The position numbers and the translations under genes were made by a program. A stretch of DNA of 64,000 nt, taken from Octopus sinensis (taxonomy: Eukaryota). Where the stretch lies: the NCBI RefSeq assembly GCF_006345805.1, contig NC_043010.1, positions 9,300,001-9,364,000 of the forward strand, written 5' to 3'. The notes under the pieces are model-generated. The model saw only the letters and a list, made by a program, of their open reading frames with translations. It did no database searches and had not been told where the DNA came from. Each line of letters opens with the position of its first letter. The stretch's first letter is position 1. Below are positions 54,195-64,000 of the stretch, piece by piece.

Positions 54195-54583
54195 GTGGAG
54201 GCGCAATGGCCCAGTGGTTAGGGCAGTGGACTCGCGGTCGTAGGATCGCGGTTTTGATTCCCAGACCGGGCGTTGTGAGTGTTTATTGAGCGAAAACACC
54301 TAAAAAGCTCCACGAGGCTCCGGCAGGGGATGGTGGTGATCCCTGCTGTACTCTTTCACCACAACTTTCTCTCACTCTTACTTCCTGTTTCTGTTGTACC
54401 TGTATTTCAAAGGGCCGGCCTTGTCACTCTCTGTGTCACACTGAATATCCCCGTGAACTACGTTAAGGGTGCACGTGTCTGTGGAGTGCTCAGCCACTTA
54501 CACGTTAATTTCACGAGCAGGCTGTTCTGTTGATTTGGATCAACCGGAACCCTCGTCGTTGTAACCGACAGAGTGCTTCCAAA
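54195..54583 (+). mobile_element. tRNA-derived SINE family D head with alternative tail, 10-bp TSD
   Basis: Head shared with 38729; TSD agtagagtct at 54185-54194 and 54584-54593. Confidence 0.85.
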
Positions 54584-55606
54584 AGTAGAGTCTATTTTGT
54601 GACAAGCGTTTCAGTCAAGTCTTCAGTTTAAGAAGAACACCTTCCTTGCTCCATTTCACAAGTCTCAGATATTCTTGAAAGGACTGTGAATATTGCCTTC
54701 TTTCCTGACTTAAAGGTAAAAATAGGAAAAAAAATCAAGAGAGATTTTGAGAATTGTCAACTCCTTTAATTATTACATAGACAGTTTTTATATACATCTA
54801 GTCACAACTTTATCAGTCATATAATACATATATCTATCATATTCAACAGAAATATATAAATAAAATGAATAAATACTTTGTTCTTTGACTGAAAGAAACC
54901 AATTTAACTTATGATTTTTTTCATGTATTGTAAGGTGGAAATCTTTCAATGCTTGTTAAAACTGTTAATATAGTTGTTCATAAATGTTCTCCCTTTAAAT
55001 GGAAACCAGTGTATCAAAAGTTACTGTGAATTCATACAGAAAATATTTAATTCTCACCTTGCACTAATTTATTCTCTTCACTTCTGCATATGAAATGAAA
55101 TAAATATACAATTACAGCAATAAATGATTTATTTTAAAGGATGATATGCGCGAAATCTTTGATAAAACATAATAGAACTGGTCTGAAATCTTGGTAGCAA
55201 ATGAATGAGTCAGAAGGTATTCTGGACAGATTGATGAAGGGAAGGTTTTATTGGTAAACTACACATGTAAAGATTTATGAGTGCACATCATACACAGATA
55301 AATATATTTATAGAGATATGCACTCTTGCACTATATATCTATATGTCCACAGGAGTGAATAATAAACATGTTTATGTACCAATATTACCATCAATTACAT
55401 GTTCAGTACTATTCTTTCATCGTTGTACAGTTCACAAACATGAGTACATGTGCATGTGTATGTATATCTAAGGTACACGCATACTCGTGTATGTGCATAT
55501 ACATGTACATATATGTTTAAATATATACATATATTAGTTTACAGATACTTATACATATAGATCTGCATATATATTTGTATACATAGATATGCATATATAT
55601 GTTTAT

Positions 55607-55874
55607 ACCGGAGTAAACACATAAATGTGAAACAAGGTGGAAAAAAGAGTACTCAAATACCAGTGGTAGAGTAATATGCTTTATTTAAAGCAGCAGAAAA
55701 TTCAACAAAACCTGTTACTCTGAGTTTCCCGTTGCCGTTGATGGTAATATTGGTACATAAACATGTTTATTCACTCCTGTGGACATATGGATATATTGTG
55801 CAAGAGTGCATATCTCTATAACGGGAAACTCAGAGTAACAGGTTTTGTTGAATTTTCTGCTGCTTTAAATAAAG
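55607..55874 (-). mobile_element. Fold-back PLE-like family 1 copy whose centre is captured flanking DNA
   Basis: Arms match 336-565; 55738-55821 is the reverse complement of 55308-55394. Confidence 0.8.
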
Positions 55875-57092
55875 TATATATGTGTATATATAGATATGCA
55901 TATATGTACACACACACATGCACATAGGCACACACATAGTCTGTTTAGCAAGTTCTTGCTTAACCTATGTTCAACCCTGATCAAACATATATCTATGATT
56001 ATAGGAAGGACTGTGAAAGCTATTGCACAGCCACTTCTTCCTGACTAAACCATTAAAAGAGAGTATTCCACTCTTTCTGTTTAGGAATACCTAATACCAT
56101 ATATAGGTGTTTTTCCTTTTTTAACATGGTAAGATGATATCTGATAAGGATATGGCTGCTATTTCTGGCAGATTGAGGTATGATTTGGAGATTTCCACAT
56201 TTGCTTCAGTTTATTTCTGTAGACCTATCAGGTTGATTTTTTTTTAATCTAGGATATGCTGAAATTCAGAACAATAAACTTACAGAGGTGGATTTCCTGG
56301 AGCCCAGAATCAGATTAAAGGAAACTAAAGCCTTAAGCATGCATTAACAACGATACTCTCCAACATTTGTTTTAGTTCTTTGCATTCAGAGTTCAAATCT
56401 CACTGCAGCCTAATTAGGTGGTAAACTTAGTCTGTGAACCACTTTAATATCATCTCCTAGCACCTTGGGTGCTTTTAGTGGAGTTCATTCTAGCAACAAT
56501 TTGACCAGGTTTCTTTCTTGTTTAAGGAAACCTTTTTCTCCACCTCCCAATAAACAATCTTGGAGGCCCTGCAAAAGGGTCATGGTACTGCAAAAAAAAA
56601 AAATGGGAAAAGAAAAAAAAAAGAGAAAATCTAAAAAGACCAATGAGGGAACCTCTCCATGGTAACTCAAAATTTAGAAAATAAGGACTAATTCTCTCTC
56701 AATTACCCCCTTAAAATCTTGAAATGAAAAAAGGGACCTGTTGGATAATATAGTCCTTGAAATGCAATGCTTATGAGAACTGATGACTAAATAATAAAAG
56801 CAGCAACTAAATAGTAAACACGAACTCCAACCACTCTCCCAAATGACTTGTTTCAGTCATTTGACTATGGCCATGCTGGAGCACCACCTTTAATCAAACT
56901 AATTAACCCCAGGACTTATTCTTTGTAAGCCTAGTACTTATTCTATCGGTCTCTTTTGCCAAAATGCTAAGTTACAGGGATGTAAACACACCAACATCGG
57001 TTGTCAAGAGATGGAGGGGGAACAAACACACACAAATACATATCTATCTATCTATCGATCTATCTATCTATATATATATATATATATCTATC

Positions 57093-57163
<71 letters not shown>

Positions 57164-58124
57164 ATATATATATATATATATATTTATAATAGGATTAGCT
57201 CGTATACGAGTAGGTATATATTTGTAAAAAATGAAGTTCGAAAATGCTGCTGTATTATACAATTTTTAATTTTTATATATACATTATAACATGTTTCAGT
57301 TCCTGAAATGAACCTTATCAAAAAAGTTATATATAAAAAAAGACAGCTCATGCCGTCAAACACAAGAAATTCATTTATAATACACAACGGAGTCAGACAT
57401 CTTAGAGTTCATGTATAGTTGATATATAGTTCATGTATAGTTGATATATAGTTTGAAGTATATGTTCAAAGTGTTCAATGCAGTGGCCCACGGTGGCGAT
57501 ACGTATTCAATACAAAAAACAGATCAAAGTGGTGGAAAGCGGTCAATACAGAAGATTGATGTTTCCGAAAGAGCGAGGAATTCATTTTTACCTTAAGCAA
57601 TTGTGATGACCCATGGTGGATGTTCGCTGGGTGGTTCTAGTGAGTTTTTGTGAAGTGCTCGGTTTTATAATGCCTGTTAGGTGGTCAATCCAGCGTAGCG
57701 TGACGTCATCAACGTTTTGACCAATCGTTTCGTTAGGTGGCTTTAGTCAAGTAGAACGGGACGTCATCATTATTTTGACCAATCGCTGCATTATAACTGC
57801 CTCTTGTTTGTTTCCTGTTTTGACCAGTTGCTTCATTAGTCAAGTAGAACGGGACGTCATCATTATTTTGACCAATCGCTGCATTATAACTGCCTCTTGT
57901 TTGTTTCCTGTTTTGACCAGTCGCTTCGTTAGTCAAGCAGAACGGGACGTCATCCAGATTCTGCCCAATCACGACTTATAGCTACATTAGATCTGCCCCC
58001 TGTCTGTACTTGTTAGGTGACTAGTCAAGCAGAAAAGGACGTCATCAATATTCTGACTAATGACTGTCCCCTGTTTGTATCCTGACCCTGATAATACGAT
58101 ACAGCTATGGGTCAGACCCGATTC

Positions 58125-58590
58125 TGATTGGTCAACAAGTTGATGACGTCTAGCTCTGCAAGAATGGACAGGATACAAACAGGGGACAGTCATTAGTCAG
58201 AATATTGATGACGTCCTTTTCTGCTTGACTAGTCACCTAACAAGTACAGACAGGGGGCAGATCTAATGTAGCTATAAGTCGTGATTGGGCAGAATCTGGA
58301 TGACGTCCCGTTCTGTTTGACTAACGAAGCAACTGGTCAAAACAGGAAACAAACAAGAGGCAGTTATAATGCAGCGATTGGTCAAAATAATGATGACGTC
58401 CCGTTCTACTTGACTAACGAAGCGACTGGTCAAAACAGGAAACAAACAAGAGGCAGTTATAATGCAGTGATTGGTCAAAATAATGATGACGTCCCGTTCT
58501 ACTTGACTAAAGCCACCTAACGAAACGATTGGTCAAAACGTTGATGACGTCACGCTACGCTGGATTGACCACCTAACAGGCATTATAAAA
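58125..58590 (+). promoter_or_regulatory. Putative pol II promoter: 93-bp repeats with CCAAT (GATTGG) and CRE-like (TGACGTC) motifs followed by TATAAAA; mirrored on - strand at ~57663-58060
   Basis: Repeated gattggtcaaaataatgatgacgtc; full TGACGTCA at ~58545; TATAAAA at ~58584. Confidence 0.5.
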
Positions 58591-58928
58591 CCGAGCACTT
58601 CACAAAAACTCACTAGAACCACCCAGCGAACATCCACCATGGGTCATCACAATTGCTTAAGGTAAAAATGAATTCCTCGCTCTTTCGGAAACATCAATCT
58701 TCTGTATTGACCGCTTTCCACCACTTTGATCTGTTTTTTGTATTGAATACGTATCGCCACCGTGGGCCACTGCATCGAACACTTTGAACATATACTTCAA
58801 ACTATATATCAACTATACATGAACTATATATCAACTATACATGAACTCTAAGATGTCTGACTCCGTTGTGTATTATAAATGAATTTCTTGTGTTTGACGG
58901 CATGAGCTGTCTTTTTTTATATATAACT

Positions 58929-58970
58929 TTTTTTGATAAGGTTCATTTCAGGAACTGAAACATGTTATAA
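58929..58970 (+). ncRNA. Hammerhead-like motif with U3-A8 core (mirror at ~57284-57324, - strand)
   Basis: tttt-TTGATAA-ggttc(atttcag)gaact-GAAA-catg-TT-ataa; stem I weak. Confidence 0.5.
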
Positions 58971-59133
58971 TGTATATATAAAAATTAAAAATTGTATAAT
59001 ACAGCAGCATTTTCAAACTTCATTTTTTACAAATATATATATATATATATGGATAAGATAGTTATTTAAAATACTGATCATACCAAGTGGCTAGCATGGG
59101 AATAAAAACCTCATAGGTAATAATTATTATTAA

Positions 59134-59251
59134 AAATTATAATTAAGGGTATCTAAAAGATACCATCATGCTAGAGATAGCAGTCAAAACTTGACTCTAA
59201 AACCAAATCAAATATTCATACATATCTTTTAGATACCCTTAATTATAATTT
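59134..59251. repeat. 29-bp perfect inverted repeat with 60-bp spacer
   Basis: aaattataattaagggtatctaaaagata / tatcttttagatacccttaattataattt. Confidence 0.85.
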
Positions 59252-60061
59252 ATATATATATGTGTGTGTGTGTGTATATATATGATGGGCTTCTTTCATT
59301 TTCCATCTACCAAATCGACTTACAAGGCTTTGGTTGACCCGAGGATATAGTAGAAGTCATTTGTCCAAGGTACCATGCAGTGGGACTGAACCCAGAACCA
59401 TGTGGTTGGTAAGCAAGCTACTTACCACACAGCCGCTCCTGCACCAACTTATCAATAATATAAATAAAATATGTGAGTGGTGTTAGTTTCAATGACACCA
59501 GTTGGTTAAAATGGGAAGACTGGGAATTAGGAGATAACCTAACTAATACTACCAGCTCATATCACTGCAATCCAGGATTTTACTGCTTAGGAAGATAATT
59601 TCCGATAGCAGGGGATCTTCCTTAACTTGTGGACTGCATACTGCTCTTTTTGCTGGCCTACATGATTTGTTTTGGAGTTAAAACTATTCTGGTATACACA
59701 CATTTCATTTTTCATTGAATATGTTGTGCCATACCAGTCTTTAAACACGTATCCACAGGTACACACTTAATACATTCACACCTGTATAAATAGACACACA
59801 TGCATAAATATAGAGGGTAAATTTTATATAAACAAAATGCATTATACATACAGGAGAATATATTGTGATATGCATACACACACACAAACCCATATATATA
59901 TATATATATATACACACACAAATACATATATACACACACATCTACATACATATATGTATGTACACTCATACATACATACATACACATGTACATACATATA
60001 TGTATGTACACACATACATAAACATACATATATAAATATATCATATATATGTGTGTTTATA

Positions 60062-60099
<38 letters not shown>

Positions 60100-60194
60100 A
60101 GGAGAGAGCGAGAGAGAGAGTGAGAAGGAGAGAGCAAGAGAGAGAGAGTGAGAGAAAGAGCAAGAGAGAGAGCGAGAGAGAGAGAGAAATGGTT

Positions 60195-60910
60195 AGATAG
60201 ATGCATAGATACATACAAACATACATGCATACATACATACATACATACATACATACATACATACATACATACATACATACATGCATGCATACATACATAC
60301 ACACATACATACATAACATACATACATACATACATACATACATGCATGCATACATGCATGCATACATACATGCATGCATACATACATGCATGCATACATA
60401 CATACACACACACATACATACATAAATACATACATACATACATACATACACACATACATACATACCCACATACATACATACATACATACATACATACATA
60501 CATGCATGCATACATACATGCATGCATACATACATACACACACACATACATACATAAATACATACATACTACATACATGCATGCATACATGCATGCATAC
60601 ATACATGCATGCATACATACATGCATGCATACATACACACACACATATATACATAAATACATACATACATACATACATACATGCATGCATGCATGCATAC
60701 ATACATACATACATTCATACATACATACATACATACACACACACACATACATACATAAATACATACATACATAAATACATACATACACACACACATACAT
60801 ACATACATACATACATACATACATACATACACACACACACATACATACATAAATACATACATACATACATACATACGTACATACATACATGCATGCATGC
60901 ATACATACAT
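60195..60910. repeat. Compound (CATA)n/(CATG)n microsatellite
   Basis: Direct inspection. Confidence 0.95.
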
Positions 60911-61350
60911 ATTGTGTGTGTATGTGTGCCTGTGCTATCAAATTTTACCTCTTTCCATTGCAACAATTGCTGAACATTTTTGTCCTATTAAATGTTTTTC
61001 GTTGGTGCTTCAACCAAAACAGCTTCCTTCAGACTGTATCATGTTACAAGCAAACATGTTTTGTTTACTTCCTGTAGATCAGTTGGGGTTCAACTCTCTG
61101 CTGCTGCAGTTTTCCAAATCAAATTGGGTTCTCATTGTGATATTTGATAAGATATCAATGTTCACTTAATTAATAAACTGAAATTGTATGAAAACCTTAT
61201 ATCATCAACTGAGATGTGAGTGTAGTGCTCTGTTTCTATAAGATGTAGAATGATTCACGATTTGACAGTTCAACATTTACATCCTAAAGGAGTATTACTT
61301 TAATTACATACACAGATGCACATAAATATATACACTCATCTACATATATA

Positions 61351-61770
61351 GGTGCAGGAGTGGCTGTGTGGTAAGTAGCTTGCTAACCAACCACATGGTT
61401 CCGGGTTCAGTCCCACTGCGTGGCATCTTGGGCAAGTGTCTTCCGCTATAGCCCCAGGCCGACCAATGCCTTGTGAGTGGATTTGGTAGACGGAAACTGA
61501 AAGAAGCCTGTTGTATATATGTATATATATATATGTATATATGTATGTGTGTGTGTGTGTGTTTGTGTGTCTGTGTTTGTCCCCCTAGCATTGCTTGACA
61601 AGCGATGCTGGTGTGTTTACGTCCCCGTCATTTACCAGTTCAGCAAAAGAGACTAATAGAATAAGTAGTGGGCTTACAAAGAATAAGTCCCGGGGTCGAT
61701 TTGGTCGACTAAAAGGCGGTGCTACAGCATGGCCGCAGTCAAATGACTGAAACAAGTAAAAGAGTAAGAG
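61351..61770 (+). mobile_element. SINE family A, full length
   Basis: High similarity to the 15434 copy. Confidence 0.9.
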
Positions 61771-62065
61771 TATATGTGTATAAATATGTATATGTGTGTA
61801 TATTCATAGTTATATGTATATATATATATATATATTATATATATAAATGTGCGATTTTTTCCGTTTATAGCTGTGTGTGTATGTATGAATTTGTTACTTT
61901 AACTCCTGCAAGACTATCCAACTGACCTTGATGTGACTTGTCATGTGTGTGGGGATTATGACCATGCAGTCACTTACACATTTGAAATTTTTAAAAATTC
62001 GATAATTTTTTAATCAGCATCGATTTTTCAGAAATCCTGAGCAACAATGGGTATCTCTGCAGTGT

Positions 62066-62098
<33 letters not shown>

Positions 62099-62129
62099 CA
62101 TACATATATATATACATATATATTATATT

Positions 62130-62362
62130 AAATTAGAGATAAAACCACTATTAGGCAAATCAAACAATGAAAAACTTAAGCCAATACATAAAATTAATTA
62201 ATTTATATTATTTTAAATATATATCAAAAGTATTAAAAGTTTAATAAAAGATAATGAGTAAAACACTACGATCGTTTCATGGCTGTCCAATTCGTAATAA
62301 TTCGAGTTATGGTTACAGTCAATCTTCAGGTAATTGAAATATTTATCTTAGCGAGGTTTAGC
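62130..62362 (-). mobile_element. PLE-like fragment in (TA)n with hammerhead
   Basis: (TA)n on both sides; terminal sequence shared with the 34742 palindrome. Confidence 0.65.
62262..62334 (-). ncRNA. Hammerhead motif with long stem II
   Basis: Minus strand tac-CTGAAGA-ttgactgt...acagccat-GAAA-cgatcg-TA-gtg. Confidence 0.7.
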
Positions 62363-62582
62363 ATATATATCTTTATATATATATATACAAACATATATAT
62401 ATATACACACACATCATATATATATGTGTATATATATGTGTGTGTGTGTCTATATGTATATATGTATATACATATATGTTTATGTTTGTGTACGTGTGTG
62501 ATTGTGTTTACATACATACCAATATATAAATATATATGTAAGCACACATGCAGACATACACACATATACATACACAAGCACA

Positions 62583-62639
<57 letters not shown>

Positions 62640-62838
62640 AGAGAGAGAGAGAAAGAGAGAGAGCAGATCCTATCAGTAACACTTTTATAAGTGGCATTTT
62701 GACAGATTAAACTGGCAGAATCTATTTGGAGTAATCAGTAGTGTGATTGCACTTTTCTTTTTATTATGTATTATCTAACTTTAGCATTATTTACCTTTTT
62801 GCTTCCTTAATCCTTTTATAGCTATCAGTCTTAATATT

Positions 62839-63299
62839 AAAGTTTATTTGCCAACATAATGTGGCAGTCCTATACAAGGACGATGTTACTGTTATGTAGC
62901 CCCTTTTTCCTGTTGGCTACCAGCACACAGTTTGCGGCTGTATAGTATACACAAGGGAGGTCATTGCATTCCATCTCTAGCCTTATGTGATACACATAGA
63001 CCTAGGTTTCTGAGAGCCAGTAATTTTCTCACACTGAGGATGGGTAACTACCCAGAAACCTAGGTCTGTGAGTATCATGTAAGGCTAGGGATGGAAGTGA
63101 TGACCTTCTTTGCATATACTATACGGGCACAAACTGTGTGCCGGTAGCCAACTGGGAAAGATATTTTTCTGGGACTAAGTAACAGTAACATCGTCTCTGT
63201 ATAGCACTGCCACATTATGTTGGAAAATAAACTTTACTATTCGGTACTGTTACCGTATATCTCTCGCTCAAAGATTTAAAACAATTTGTTTTTCTCTTT
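62839..63299 (+). mobile_element. Fold-back hammerhead element with 12-bp target-site duplication
   Basis: 62839-63012 is a diverged inverse of 63053-63235; direct repeat agtcttaatatt at 62827-62838 and 63300-63311. Confidence 0.8.
63028..63072 (+). ncRNA. Canonical-core minimal type-I hammerhead ribozyme
   Basis: ctcaca-CTGAGGA-tgggt(aact)accca-GAAA-cctagg-TC-tgtgag: 6-bp stem I, 5-bp stem II, palindromic stem III, GUC site after 63066. Confidence 0.88.
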
Positions 63300-63341
63300 A
63301 GTCTTAATATTCTTTTAACATAATTAGTGCAGGAGTGGCTA

Positions 63342-63535
63342 CACACAGAGGGGACAAACAAGGACAGACAAACGGATTAAGTTGATTAAATCAACCCGAG
63401 TACGTAACTGGTACTTATTTAATCGACTCCGAAAAGATGAAAGGCAAAGTCGAATTTAAACTCAGAACGCAGCGGCAGACGAAATACTGCTAAGTATTTT
63501 GCCTGGCATGCTAATGTTTCTGCCAGCTTGCCACC
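63342..63535 (-). mobile_element. SINE family B
   Basis: Reverse complement of the 13509-type element with an internal deletion. Confidence 0.8.
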
Positions 63536-63722
63536 TATAAAACTAGTTTTTAAACACCAAATGGCTGTGGGGGATCCACCAGAATAGAACAGTAATCAAA
63601 GGGATCCATAAACAAAAAGTAGTTGAGGACCTCTGCTATAGATTCTCTATCCTAGCACTTAATGTTAGAGCTTAGGCATTCGGTTTGGCTGACAAACTTA
63701 TTGTATGTGCCTATTATATGTG

Positions 63723-63905
63723 ATCATCATCATAATTTAATGTCTGTTTTCCATGTTTGCATGGGTTGGACGGTTTGACTGAAAACTGGTAAGCCAGGGA
63801 GCTGCACCAGGTTCTAATCTGATTTGCCATGGTTTCTACACCTGGATGTCCTTCCTAATGACAACCACTCCAAGAGCGTAATGGATGCTTTTTACATGCC
63901 ACCGA
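63723..63905 (-). mobile_element. RTE-tail repeat family C, diverged
   Basis: Similarity to the 38027 copy. Confidence 0.75.
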
Positions 63906-64000
63906 TACCCATTATGTATTTATATTACTGCACTTCGTTGATAGGCATGCATTGGTTTTGGGGGTTTTTTTCTCTAAAATCTCACATAGTTTAACTTCAA

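Larger units (their letters stand above)
57215..59039. mobile_element. 1.8-kb fold-back element: ~870-bp inverted arms and 84-bp spacer; putative PLE pLTR inverted pair
   Basis: 57215-58084 vs 58169-59039 differ by about 7 substitutions and 1 indel (by eye); hammerhead-like motif near each outer end; (TA)n flanks. Confidence 0.85.
56846..59443 (-). mobile_element. SINE family A split at its central microsatellite (halves ~56846-57040 and ~59262-59443)
   Basis: Tail half and head half are collinear and in the same orientation on either side of the 1.8-kb palindrome. Confidence 0.8.

Noticed and set aside
57733-58520. Mirror-image 68-79 aa ORFs with a 31-aa period
   Set aside because: A consequence of 93-bp repeats in a palindrome; non-ATG starts and no coding evidence.
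2123-62710. Numerous long ORFs rich in YI/CV/HT/M/D/G/V runs (e.g. 60057-60941, 31840-32400, 49996-50478)
   Set aside because: They are translations of di-, tri- and tetranucleotide microsatellites that lack stops by construction; no domain signal.

Overview
This is AT-rich, microsatellite-saturated eukaryotic non-coding DNA. The SINE repertoire and simple-repeat load resemble a coleoid cephalopod such as Octopus, which is recognition by eye and not a database result. No host protein-coding gene can be supported: nearly all listed ORFs are microsatellite or SINE translations, and one weak 99-nt exon candidate lies at 49871-49969. The window holds dozens of tRNA-derived and RTE-tail SINEs, an R4/Dong-like and several RTE LINE remnants, a non-autonomous Helitron, a mariner-type MITE and local tandem duplications. 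The main finding is about 17 complete or partial minimal type-I hammerhead ribozyme motifs from at least 8 unrelated sequence families. They sit in short non-coding elements that mostly land in (TA)n tracts and are often folded back into palindromes up to 1.8 kb, an architecture typical of Penelope-like retroelement termini. Stem III varies in sequence but stays self-complementary (dimer type), and two families show a compensatory U3-A8 core. Fold-back breakpoints cluster at the ribozyme. One copy has captured an inverted copy of neighbouring genomic DNA, and one has a 12-bp target-site duplication.
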